Below are positions 9,308 through 21,388 of a stretch of DNA of 41,047 nucleotides, piece after piece (within the stretch, counting starts at the first letter, position 1; each line of letters begins with the position of its first letter). Below the pieces are notes generated by a model, which saw only the letters and a program-made list of their open reading frames with translations, did not search any database and was not told the origin of the DNA. The DNA comes from Octopus sinensis (taxonomy: Eukaryota). The stretch is taken from contig NW_021836813.1 in assembly GCF_006345805.1 (NCBI RefSeq), forward strand, positions 1 to 41,047. Direction: 5' to 3'. The position numbers and the translations under genes were made by a program.

Positions 9308-12300
9308 AAAAAGGAAATGAAGAAAATCTGACAAATAATTGAAGTAAGTTAAGTTAATTTAATTAGGTGAAAGTTCTTTTTACCGGTTGCGCATTTTTAT
9401 GCTTATCAAAATATAAAAGAGAGATTAGAGTTCCTTTCTTATAGAATTTTCCTCTTATCCTGACTTTATGTTGGGTTTGCTGTCTCTTATATGTGAAAAA
9501 AAGAGGCTCCAGAGTGTTTTGGATGTGCTTGTTTCGCGCCTAAAATTTTTGATTGGTCATTATAAAGGGGTCACGTGAATGGTTTGAATGGAAGTTGGTG
9601 TTGGGGTAAGAAAAAAGGCTCCAGAGAAGTTAAAATTTGGCTAGTGTCCCGCCTAAAATTTCTTATTGGCCATAATAAAGAGGTCACGTGAATGTTTAGA
9701 ATTTTCGAAAATAGTGTTGTTGAAAATTCTATTGTTCAGGCTGGTCAGTAGACGTCATGTGGATATTTTAAATAGCTTTTTAGCGCGTAGGTTAGGGAGT
9801 GTATTTTCCGCTTGACTGGATAAGTAAGTTCGTTTAGAACAGGGAGAGCAGTATGTATGTATGCTGTGGCGCGCGCGCGTGGTGTTTATATGTATGTTGG
9901 GGCGCGCGCGCGTGTATATATGTGTGCGTGTGGGGTACAATTTTCAATATTTATAGTTCTGCTGGCCTTGTGCCTGTATCGGGAAGCAACGTATTTGTGT
10001 GAAGTCAATATTTACAGCCATTTCCAAAAATAGTGTTGGATGTTTTGCACCCGTATTCAATTATGTGTATATGTGGAACCATATATTTGTGTGTGTCATG
10101 GTGTTAATATCTGGGTAAAGGTGTGTGTAGGGTGTGTGCAGGTGTAAGTGTGTTTGTTGTGGGTTCGTGTTAGGGGCATGTGTTTAGAAGTGGTCTGTAT
10201 TTATTAATAAGGTGGAATTCCATGGTTATTCGCTGGGTATGAGTGGCATTGTCTTTAAATTTGTAGAGGGGAAAGATTCTAAAATTGGGATGGAGTTGTG
10301 CGGCACAGGTATCAATATGTGCACTAAATGCTATTTTTCTATATTCCTGTATTTTTTTTGGGATCTGTGGACAGTCATGCGTTGGCGGAGGCTATTTTTT
10401 GTTTGGCCTATGTAGTGTTCATTACAGCCCGAGCAAGTTAAGACATATACTAGGTTTTCTGATGCGCATGTGAAGTTGTGTTTTACTGTGAAACGTTGTC
10501 CTTGTTTAAAAAGGAATTCCGGACCTTCTATTAGGTTGATGCATATACCACAGTTGGGTCTATTGCATTTGTTTACTGTGGGTTTAGTTGTTGTGGTTGG
10601 CAGTACTTTGGCATTTGTTGGATGGTTTTCAATGATTTGGGTTGCCTTTTGCTCTTTATGATTTCGTGTGTTAGGAGGATTTGGTTCATTCTATGGTCCT
10701 TTTGTAATACAGGAATGTTCTGGAGGATGGTGTCAAAAGCTTCATTGTTGAGGGGGTTGTGTGTAGAGATGTATGGTAGAGTATGGGGGTTTCGATGTAA
10801 CAGGTTTAGGGCGTCTAAGTTCCTACGTGCTGAGTTTTAGGGCGCGTTGGATCCCATTGTCAATTAGTGACGTGGGGTAATCCCTGCTTGTTAATGTGCC
10901 CTTGAGTTCTTGTAGACGTAAGAGACGGGTGTTTTTATTGGAGACTATAGTGCAAATTCTCTTGGCTAAGTTGTAGGGAATGTTAATTTTAACGTGTCTA
11001 GGGTGGCATGAATTGAAAGGGAGGTATTGCTTGGAGTCTGTGGGCTTGTAGTATATGTCTGTTTCTATTTTTTGTTGTGAATTTTAATGAGGATGTCGAG
11101 GAAGGGAATTTGTTGAGGGTGTATTCCATTGTGAAAATAATGTTTGTGTTGAGCCCATTTATAAGAGTGTGAAATTCGTTAAGCTTCTCGACGGTTTCGG
11201 GCCAAAGGATGAAGCAGTCATCAAGATATCTCTTCCAGTTCTTCTCTATGTGTGTGTGGAGAGTGGTGCCAAATTGGTTAAGAACGTTATTATAGAGGGT
11301 GATTTCCAGGTATCCCATGACTAAGTTGGCGTAAGTGGGAGCTGTTTTCGTTCCCATTGCCGTCCCTGATTTCTGTCTGTAGAATTTGTTGTTGAAGGTG
11401 AAGAAATTATTCTCTAAGATGAATTTGAGTCCTTCTAAAATAAATTCCTTTTTGATGCGGTGTGGGAGTTCGTTGGAGTAATTATCCAGCCAGAATTGGA
11501 TAGCTTCTATTCCTAGGTTGTGGGGGATGTTGAGTAAAGATTGACTACATCGAATGTTACTAGCAGGGTTTGTTCAGCAAGAAGTGTATTGGGGAGGTGG
11601 TTGAGCATATCTAGATCGTCCCTTATGTAGCTTTTAATGTGTTTGAGGAACGGCTTGAGAAGGGTATCAATGAAGTTGCTAAGGCGGTGGGTTTTCGCAA
11701 GCGGGACCTGCTATTATAGGTCTCAATTTGAGGTCATTTGGTGAGGGGACATTGATTACAGAGTTTGTGGCTTCCTTGCATGCCTTACTTATTAATTCGC
11801 TTTTATGAATTTTGGGATACCGTAGAAGAGGCTGGTTTTACTAGTGAAATTTGTGATGAAGTTGAATTCTTTGTTAGTGAGTTCTTCTTTGTGGGGTTGA
11901 TCAGGGTTTTTAAGTTTCTCATAATTTTCTGTTGATTGTAGTGTTCAGCCTTTTCGTAATATGTTCCATTTTCCAAGGTGGAGAGTGCTAAGTTGATATA
12001 GTATTCTGTCTCCATTAAGACTACTGCACTTCCTTTATCGGCCTCTTTAATGGTGATAGATCTTTCATTTTTTATTTGTTTAATCTTTCCCACTCTTTCT
12101 TGTTGAGGTTTGGTTTGGGTTTTGTTTGTGTAAGTGTTGGTAGGGGAAGTTTGTAATGTGCTCACAGAATTCGTCTAGGATTTTATTTCTACCTTTTCGT
12201 GGGGTGTAGTTGCGTTTATTTCTAGCTAGTGACTCATCCTCATTGTGCTGGTCGAATAGTTCCTCACTAAGTCGCAATTTTCTACAAAATTCTGTAATGT

Positions 12301-13555
12301 CTTCCTTCATTTCGTAGTAGTTTGGACGTGGGGTTGGTGTGAATTTCAGACCTTGGAGAGTAAGTTGAGAAGGTTGGGGTTGGGTTCTGTATTGGTTAAA
12401 TTGATGACTTTAATTAGTTTATGTTTCTCTTCCCTGTCCTGTGTTATTTTGTTTGCCTGTATCTGTGTGCTGTGTCTAAAAATGGTTGGGGTAGAGGGGT
12501 TGTCTGTTGGTGTTAGGAGGTCCTGTGTGTTTGTTATATTCCTTGTTGTGAAATGGTTCGGGTTCGTGGTTGTGGATAGAATGGGGTGTTCCTGTATTGC
12601 GGGTGTTGGTGTGTGTTTCTTTGTGTTTGATGGATTGTGGTGATATGAGTGGCCTGCGTGGGTGCTTGTATCGAGTGGTATGGGTTTGTTGTGTATTGTG
12701 AGAGTTGAGAAAGTGAAAATTACCTTGTTGTCCCCTCGTGGTGTGGATGTGTTGTGTCTATCCTGTAGTGGGATCCTCTTTTATTTGTTAATAAGGTATT
12801 CGAGTAGTTGTTGAGTTGTTGTGTATAGCGTCTCCTTGAAAAGGGAAATTCTTAATGTAATTCTGGTGGTGAGAGTTTCCGGGTTCTTGTTTCTCCTTAT
12901 GGACGTGGGGTAAGAAGGTACATCTTCAATATGCTGTTTCCTTCTTTTGTCAAGGTTGGAGGTTGCGGGTAGTTGTGTGGTTGGGTTCCGGTTTTCCCAT
13001 TTTTATGAACGGGTTATTGGAAGATAATCCGTTTTGAAAGTCGATTCATAGTTTAGGAACCAGGCGGCACTTTTTTCCCAGCGTTGTAGGGATTTTAGTT
13101 CCTCTTTGTTGCAGTCATCTTTCCATAACTTGGAGATCTTCTCTATTTGTAGGTTTTTTTCGGCCTTGTTTTTTATTACGAGGAGGATCTCTTCATCGAT
13201 TGTTTTGACTCTTTCTCCTCATTTGTTTGGGCCCTTGGAGCCTTTTTTCTTACCCCAACACCAATTCCATTCAACATTCCCGTGACCCTTCATAATGACC
13301 AATCAAATTTTTAGGCGCGAACCAAGCAAATCCAAAAAAACAACTCTGGAGCCTCTTTTTTTCACATATAAGAGACAGCAAAACCCAACATAAGTCAGAT
13401 AAGAGGAAAAATTCTATAAGAAAGGAACTCTAATCTCTCTTTTATATTTTGATAAGCATAACAAATGCGCAACCAGTAAAAAGAACTTTCACCTAATTAA
13501 ATTACTTAAATTACTTCAATTATTTGTCAGCATTTTCTTCATTTCCTTTTTTATA
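9305..13555 (-). mobile_element. Penelope-like retroelement, near full length, 5'-truncated and frameshifted, with inverted terminal repeats
   Basis: RT motifs MGTKTAPTYANLVMGYLE and WKRYLDDCFILW...LNEFHTLINGL (10998-11357). GIY-YIG motif LVYVLTCSGCNEHYIGQTKNSLRQRMTVHRS near 10370-10460. N-terminal region IDEEILLVIKNKAE...SLQRWEK near 13200-13020. 9305-9623 is the reverse complement of 13237-13555. Confidence 0.9.
10170..13200 (-). pseudogene. PLE polyprotein (RT + C-terminal GIY-YIG endonuclease), disrupted
   Basis: Fragmented ORFs 12080-12310, 11803-12165 (ITIKEADKGSAVVLM, a typical PLE pre-RT motif) and 10998-11357, plus downstream frames, with stops and frameshifts. Confidence 0.88.
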
Positions 13556-13594
13556 TATCACCACTCGTGTTCGACATCTCCTTTTTTTAAATAT

Positions 13595-13641
<47 letters not shown>

Positions 13642-14138
13642 CAGAGAAGAGAGAGAGAGAGGAGAGAGGAGAGAGAGAGAGGAGAGAGAGAGCAATATAT
13701 GTTTGTGTGGGTGTGTGAATGCTTATTTGATGCCTTGAATCTATCAGTTTATTTTAGAGCAATTTTGAAAAACAATGTCAGTACATGTATATATCGTTTT
13801 GCCTTTCAGCAAAACATATTGAGTGAAAATCGAGTTTTAGGATAAGTATGTATGCGTGCGTGTGTGTAGTGAAAGAAAAGGAGAGGGAGAGAGTGTGGGA
13901 GAGAGAGAGACAGAGAAAGGGAGAGAGAGAGCAGTAGATGGTACGTCATCGATAAGTCTGTACTTTTCGACTAAGCAATTTAACAAACGAACTGTTACAT
14001 CGATTCATTAAAGAATGGACTAATTATATAATTAGTTGACGGAGAATTGAACAGTCAATGCGTGTGAATTAATTAGCGAAATCGCCAAACTACCAAATAA
14101 AAAAAAAAAAACGTAAGAAATAGTAAATAAATTTGCAC

Positions 14139-14535
14139 CAGGCATGGCTGTGTGGTAAGTAGCTTGATTTTCCAACCACAAGGTGCCGGGTTCAGTTCCT
14201 TGGGCAAGTGTCCTCGAGCCAACCAAAGCCTTGAGTGGATTTGGTAGAAGAAAACTGTAAGAAGCCTATCGTATATAGATGTGTATGTATATCTATCTAT
14301 ATGTGCGTGTGTTTCTGTTTACGTTTGTTCTATCCCCCATACCATCACCGCTTGACAACCGGTGTTGGTGTGTTTTCATCACCGTAACTTAGCAGTTCGG
14401 CAAAAGGAAACTGAAAGAATATGTACCAGGCTGCTTTCAAAAATAATTACTAGAGTCGATTCATTCAACTAAAAATTCCTCAAGGTGGTGCCCCAGCATG
14501 GCCGTAGTCAAATGACTGAAACAAATAAAGCATTA
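14139..14535 (+). mobile_element. tRNA-derived SINE family S2, near full length
   Basis: Head ggcatggctgtgtggtaagtagcttg...gggttcagttcc (A/B boxes), internal (TA/TG) tract, body cgtaacttagcagttcggcaaaag, tail ggtggtgccccagcatggccgtagtcaaatgactgaaac. Confidence 0.85.
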
Positions 14536-14559
14536 AAATAAATGAAGGAAAAAGATAAG

Positions 14560-14779
14560 ATACATACGTACATACATACATACATACACACACATACATA
14601 CATACATATATACATACGTGCATTCATATATGCATGCATGCATACACTGACACACACACACTCACACATGCACACAGATGTTACATAATATATAGAGTGC
14701 GTTCAATATCTTACGCAGTAATTCGTGCGCTTGCGCATCGGTGTATGAATGTGCGTTATATAACTGACGTAAGTGTGTC

Positions 14780-14815
<36 letters not shown>

Positions 14816-14907
14816 CATATATATATATATATATTATATATATATATATACATGCATATATATATATATATACATATATATATAATATATATATATATAC
14901 ATGCATA

Positions 14908-14964
<57 letters not shown>

Positions 14965-15126
14965 TTAAAATTACCAAGTCTCTCTAAAAGAGATTACGGC
15001 AGCGTTACTGGAAATTAATTGTTATCGCCATATTAATATATATATATATACATATATGCATAATACATACATGCATGCATATATATATGTATATCTATAT
15101 ACACATACATATATGGTGTATATATA

Positions 15127-15170
<44 letters not shown>

Positions 15171-15240
15171 TATATACAAACACACACACACACGAGCACA
15201 CGCACATACACGTATGCACATACACACACGCGCACACACA
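14560..15240. repeat. (TACA)n/(TA)n/(CA)n low-complexity tracts
   Basis: Directly visible. Confidence 0.9.
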
Positions 15241-15608
15241 CGCGAAGATACGACTGGTGCTATTGAGTTTAAACTTCCACGTAGATTATCAACATTAAGT
15301 CTCCTTCTAGTATAATGGTTTAGCTACTACTATAGTTAGTAAGTATTACTAGTTAAGATGTGCAATAGAAAGATAGGAGAAATTACGATGAACGAGCTTG
15401 TATTACTTGTTTCTACGTACGTTTCACTAATGTGGTTGTCTGGTATTCGGTATTGGATACTTCAAGTATAACTGGACACTTAACCAGACGGGATCATCAA
15501 GGACCTTTCAACTGCTCTTGAAACATAGTGTAGTAATGTGTTTAAAATCCGACCAATTTTTGTAACGTGCTGAGAAGTATGCAGTGATTTAACATGATGA
15601 TGATATTA

Positions 15609-15715
15609 ATAACCCTTATCAGACGGGTAGTCGTGATGGGCATACTGGGCTTCGTATATTTTACCCCAGTGTAACTTTGATGGCTTGCACTGCTCTCTCA
15701 CTCAGTAATAATAAC
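15609..15715 (+). mobile_element. Probable LINE 3' tail ending in (TAA)n
   Basis: aataacccttatcagacgggtagtc...gcactgctctctcactcagtaataataa. Recognised from memory as a cephalopod-type retroposon tail; not verified. Confidence 0.4.
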
Positions 15716-15928
15716 GATAGTTTCTGGCATAGGGCCAGCATTTTGAGAGAAGCAGATTAATCAGTCCAATCGATACCACTATTTGTCTCCTATTTTATTT
15801 CATCAAAGTCTAAAGGATCAAGGTCAAAGCTCATCACGGCAATGCTTGAATTCAGAAGATCCAGAAATCTCAAACAAATAATGTAAGCCTTTTCCGGCGC
15901 ACTAATGATTTTGCCAGCACATCGCTTG
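15716..15928 (-). mobile_element. Old, diverged SINE S1 copy
   Basis: aaaggatcaaggtcaaagct...cttgaattcagaa...gcactaatgattttgccagc aligns with the S1 copies at 7530-7941. Confidence 0.6.
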
Positions 15929-16699
15929 AGTTGTGTGTATGTGCTTATGTAATGTTTTTTTAATTTTATTTTAAAGCAGTTTTAAGAATAGAAGCGGTAA
16001 ATTTCCTTACTGGGACTCTCAATATGTTGCGCAGTAATCGCCAAGTGGACGACTGCATAATCACCTTGAAACGCCGGGTCTTCAGAAAAAAAGAGTAATT
16101 TAATCCATTGTTATTTAGCAACATCTGTTGTTAGGCAGTGCTAAATGAGAACTGTAAAATTATTCAAATGTGTATAATATGAACAGAAAATCAGAGGACA
16201 AATTATGTCTCATATTTCATTGAAAATTGGCATTTAGATGGAGTGCTAAACATTGGTTAGGAACAAGGGCTGCAGAGGATGCATTTGCACCCCTAAAATT
16301 CTGTTGGGGAACAAAATTCAATAGTGCATCCCCTACTTACCTTTCTCAGGCTTAGAAAATAGTGTTTAAAAGTCGATCTGTAAAAAGTTAGTTGAAGTTA
16401 GTTTTCTTCGCAAAATGAGAACAAAGAACTAAAATAAATAAAAAGCAAAAAATCCGCCCAAATCCCTAGAAAGATATATTACTGAACTAAAGCATCCTCA
16501 ACATTAAAATTAAAATTATATATATAACAACACTATAATAATAACAACAACAACAACAACAACCACAGCCACTCTCTCAATACCAGCGCAATAGATAAAC
16601 TATTAAACTCCACAATTAAGGGCCCTTTACAGTTCAGCTATCCTCTTGCTCATTTCCTCTGAATACCACAAGTGACCCTTCATCATCATTGTCATCATG

Positions 16700-16790
16700 C
16701 TCTACTACTACTACTACTACTAACTACTACTACCACCACCAAAACAACCACCACCACCACCACCACCACCACTATTACTACTACTACTAC

Positions 16791-16846
<56 letters not shown>

Positions 16847-16850
16847 AGCA
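16700..16850. repeat. (ACT)n/(ACC)n trinucleotide repeat
   Basis: Directly visible; source of the poly-T ORF 16672-16950. Confidence 0.95.
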
Positions 16851-17049
16851 ACAACAAAATCAGCATTGGAAGTTACTCATCAATACCAGAACAATTGATG
16901 ATGTATTCAACAAAACAAACCCTAGCCCTTCTCCACAGACAGGCCACTGAACTTCTCAGAATAACACAAGAGATCCATCATCACCATCGTCATCCTATTC
17001 TAACGCACTACCACTACTACTACTCCAATTAATGAAGAATCACTCCCCC

Positions 17050-18870
17050 CCCAGGCCACTTCCATCTGACAGCTCCATGATAAATTTGCCAGCTGTAAAT
17101 AAAACAAAATTATGAATACACAAAACTCCAAAATATACTGCTATTCTCAACGCGAGAGTCTATGCATGCGCGGTGACTGTAACTTCATCCATTTACCTCG
17201 GGCAAGATGCACATTTTGTGCGAGCAATATCAACGAACACCAAACCACACATCTTACAACACCACCATCACCACCACCACTAAATGCTAAATCACACTTA
17301 ATAACTTGTACACATGTAATCCGGAATCCTAAAATCTGTTGCTATCACCTACACAAACGATTATGTCTGATGTGTGACTGTCCCTTCACTCATCTTCCAG
17401 GGACTCGATGTACCAGTGAAAGCATGATACTAAACCATCACCAAATCCACAGTAGAAACATCCCTTACAGGAGCAGTTTTGGTCCGGACTTTCATCGAAA
17501 CCCAGAAGTCATCCAGATATTTGCTGGGTGCAACAGTAAAATCAACAGCCGCAGAACATACAGTCATAACCATATACAACAGTGCAACCATATCAACTCC
17601 AGATAACAACCTTCCCAACACAAGAAAATTCAGTTTTAGCGATGATGAATCTGGCAAAATAAATTTTTTAAAAGCTTCTAGTTCTCGTACAGCACCAGCC
17701 AATGCTGCTACCACAGTACACAACCACAATAATAGAGTCAAATGTACACAATCTCAACTCAATAATAGTGTCAAATGTACACAATCTCAACTCAATAATA
17801 GTGTCAAATGTACAAGATCTTTCGCACTTCACAAATCGAACGAGTGTATCATATCTTAGAGACCTTGTACAGCGAAAAAAAGATAATATGTGTAGCTATA
17901 AGGGAAACGCATCTGACCCCAGACATTGGATACGGAAGTAGATATGTCAGGTAATATATTACTCAGAACTGACTACAGAATACGGAAACAAGGAAATAGC
18001 GATCTTCATCCGAGAAGACCTGGCAACATATGTCCATCTCTCTCCCACTCCAACACAGTGTACGATACACTAATAATGCATGAGATTGACCTCAATTTAA
18101 TGATAGGCATTACCATTACGTTCATAAGTCAAAACCCAAACGATCTCAGCCCACAGATCAATGTACTTTTAGAAGGGGACTTTAATTTTCCTTATCTCAG
18201 CTGGCCTGAGGGCTGTATCCAACCTGAAATTAAACAACTGAACAGGGGAGATACCACTAAAGGTTTCCTCATGCAACGAATTATTACCCGTCCAATTAGG
18301 GGAAATAACATACTCGATCTAGTCTTTACAGACTTCATCAATACATACTTCATTCACAATGTTTAGGTCTTTCCCACAGTTATTTTTGACCACAACATAT
18401 AATTATCAAAGTGGGCAACACACACAAATAACATTAAACATGACTCACCTCTCATAAACTTGGATTTCAGGAAGGCCAAGTGGAAGGAAACCGAAACTGA
18501 AATCCTCTATATAAATTGGTCTCTGCATGTTGGCGACCCCAATTTAACGAGGGAATGAAGTTTCTGTACGAAGAGTTAATCAGGATCTGTTGAAAGCATG
18601 TCCCATGTAAACTCGCCTATTCCCGCAAGCACTTGATTCCGTGAGATAGACGGATACTAATGTGTAAGGGAACCAAACCAATAAAACAACTAAAAAAAAC
18701 CAAACTCTCTCAAAAGATGAGACCGAGAGGAAGAAAAGAACATCGAACTGGACCTAAAACTATCTCATAAAAAAGAAACTTCGCTAAGGGAACAAAGATC
18801 AGTGAAAAATATAAAATCTACTTCCAAAGTTCTTTTCCCACTTTTCTAAACAAAAATCAGCTACACATAA
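17050..18870 (+). mobile_element. CR1/L2-group LINE 5' portion: ORF1 with two CCCH-like fingers and ORF2 APE endonuclease, decayed
   Basis: ORF1 has KIYCYSQRESLCMRGDCNFIH and KICCYHLHKRLCLMCDCPFTH. ORF2 has IVSNVQDL...YLRDLV...VAIRETHL...LLRTD...LEGDFNFPYLSW...RGNNILDLVFT...DHN, then linker LDFRKAKW. Confidence 0.8.
17728..17814 (+). repeat. 33-bp tandem repeat, 2.6 copies
   Basis: Unit aataatagtgtcaaatgtacacaatctcaactc at 17728, 17761 and 17794 (partial). Confidence 0.95.
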
Positions 18871-19199
18871 CTTGATTGGCTTTCTAATGGATCAAAATGG
18901 GTCATATATAAATAATTCATCACGGATATGCACATTCTTGAGTTGACATTATGACATTGCATTCGCAGAACTACTGAAAGATACAATAAAGGACATTAGT
19001 AGTTACCAGTTCATCGAAGAATTAAAGAACATACTTAGTGAAAGATAATAGTGGTTAGCACTTTTATGATTAGAGAATTATGGAAATTCTTAGTGAAGGA
19101 TAATAGCATTCCGTAGTTCCATTGTTGAAAGATCAAGGATTATTCTTAGTAAAAGACAAAATAAGTTACTAGTTCCATCTTTGAAGAGAAAGTTAACAC

Positions 19200-20020
19200 A
19201 CGTCACAGGAACTTCGTAAATCTCATAAAAGAACTTGCCGAAGAATGTAGTGCAGAAATAAAAGTCAGCAGCTTAAACGAAATATTTTCCTATCTGATAC
19301 CATACATAATGAAACCCCAGAGGTATATGCTCATAACATCCTACATGAAATCAGAAAAAATGTTGAAGATACCATGTTTATTGATGTTATATGTGATTGA
19401 TCTGGCATGGAACAAGAAGAATCAGTTATTGTCGTTATATTTCCGAAAAGCAGGTTTTCTACGAAGATTTTCTCAGCTTCTATAACCCTCCTGACTACAC
19501 TTCGGAGACACTGACTAAGATTATTCCGGATGTTTTTTGTTGCCTAAACATTTCTTCAGGCTCAAAATTATGCTCTTTTTGCCTTTGATGGCGCGTGTAC
19601 CATGAGCGGAAACATTTCAGCTATATAAAAGATATTAAAAGACATGTTTCCTGGTACGTATTTTATACACTGCGGAAACCACTCTCTGGACTTTGTCCTC
19701 CAAGCAGTTGGATGTACGGTTGCCCTGGTCACTGATGTATTGAATTCTGTTCACCAAAGCATCATTCTTCTGAAAGCACTATTGATCAAGCTTTTGCGGT
19801 GAGAATGTCGTCATGTTGCAAGCCTGGGTCTGTTGCAGCAAGCGAGAGAATGTTCAGCACACTTCGTTGTCTGAAGACCTGACTCTGCACCACAATGACG
19901 CAACACCGTCTGACACACTGTTCTGAAAAGTATGTACAACAAAAACACTTTGGGTATCCTCTTGGAAAACTTCATCATCAAAACGAGCCACTGTAGAAAA
20001 ATTTTTGGAATTGTTTGAAG
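19200..20020 (+). pseudogene. hAT transposase remnant (ZMYM1/Tip100-like catalytic region and C-terminal dimerisation domain)
   Basis: EDFLSFYNPPDYTSETLTKII...FDGACTMSGNISAI...FIHCGNHSLDFVL, then directly ASERMFSTLRCLKT*LCTTMTQHRLTH, which indicates an internal deletion. Confidence 0.8.
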
Positions 20021-20184
20021 CATTAAAATATTATTATGATTGTGTTTGTTTTGATATTTAGATTGAAAAATATCAGCCTTGTTTGTAAAAAAAAATTGGA
20101 CCTGAGTTTGCACCCCGAAAGCAAATTTTGTTCCCAGGCCACTGGTTAGGAGTAATGTTATCTCATTCCAAACAGCAATTTTTC

Positions 20185-20320
20185 AATATATTCGGACCAC
20201 GTGGCTTTGGGTTGAATACCGCTGCGTGACACCTAGGTTACATGTCTTCTCCTATAGCCCCAGGCCGACAAAACTCTTGTGAGCGGGCTTGGTAGACGGA
20301 AACTGAAACAAGCCCGTAAT
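20185..20320 (+). mobile_element. SINE S2, 5' half
   Basis: gggttgaataccgctgcgtgacacctagg...ttggtagacggaaactgaaacaagcccg matches other S2 heads. Confidence 0.75.
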
Positions 20321-21329
20321 GTGCGCACGCGCGTGTGCCTTTATCTATCTATCTGTCTATTTATAAAATTATATCTCTCTCTCTCACACATATATGCATG
20401 TATATATGCGTGCATGCTTGAGTAAAATGTTAAAAGTATCCCACACAATTTGGGAGATCTAGACAAATGGTAAAAAAATCGAAAATATCATTTTCTTTTT
20501 ATGTTGCAGTGGTTTCATAGTATATCATTGCAATCAAATTGTTTTAAAATACGATAATACGTATAACAGACCAGAATATCGCAATCAAATTATTTCAGAA
20601 TGCGTTATTCCAAAATATATCCAAAACTCATTACTACTAACATATCATTCCAAAATTAGATATTTCAAAGCACATTGTTTTTACATTACAGAATTTAATA
20701 TTTTAGAGTACATAAATACGAATCGGTTTCATTTCTTATCGAAGATATTTATTAGAATGTACGCTTGAATTGGCTAGCTACTAGTTTTAATTTAATGTAT
20801 TATGTGTCTATTTCAAGTAGGTGCATTATAGACTCACTAGTTAACAAGAGAAGTAATATTGTGTACTCTAGTAGACACAAATTAAGAAGAGATGACAATT
20901 TATTCATTTTAAGTATTCAAAAGGATGTGAGAAAAATAAATATTGATGAATTAAAAGGAAGCGACTGTAACAATTTAAACCTGGTTTATCTTTTTCAATA
21001 AGAAAAATGCTCTATATTGATTCTTTTGTTGTTCATGTCATATGTTCAGTACATTGGCATAATTAGAAAAGTTAAAAACTTGGTTGCCGAGTTTCTCTAC
21101 AAAACGTACTACTTAAATGCTTACTAAATTTTCTAGTGTTCGTATGGCGTACTTGTTGCCGGTGAACTCCTATTCGTTATGTGAGTGGCATGATGCTCCA
21201 TTGATGAATTAATTATATAACATGAACTGGAAACAGTCTGGCTGATTGTAGGCATGCATCATAATATTAAAGGAAAGGGAATCTTGGCAAGCCGACCATT
21301 GGACACCTAGCTGCTTGTGCTGATGTTTA

Positions 21330-21388
<59 letters not shown>

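Larger units (their letters stand above)
16264..20144 (+). mobile_element. hAT DNA transposon, internally deleted, with nested LINE
   Basis: Flanks are gttaggaa (16256-16263) and gttaggag (20145-20152), an 8-bp TSD at 7/8. Termini are CAAGGGC and CAGTGGC (reverse complement), with shared subterminal tttgcacccc and gggaacaaaatt. Transposase remnants lie inside. Confidence 0.7.

Noticed and set aside
9690-9750. Minus-strand CTGAACA followed by the hairpin tagaattttc/gaaaattcta as a hammerhead relic
   Set aside because: The first core is mutated, no GAAA follows the stem and no stem I pairing is visible; there is no second copy to reconstruct from.
14019-14036. 18-bp palindrome actaattatataattagt
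   Set aside because: Almost entirely A/T in a TA-rich genome; likely chance.
16672-16950. Poly-Thr (mucin-like) ORF
   Set aside because: It is an (ACT/ACC)n trinucleotide repeat inside a transposon interior.
20765-21001. 78-aa ORF as a host gene
   Set aside because: It starts at a TTG codon, has AT-rich composition and shows no recognisable domain.
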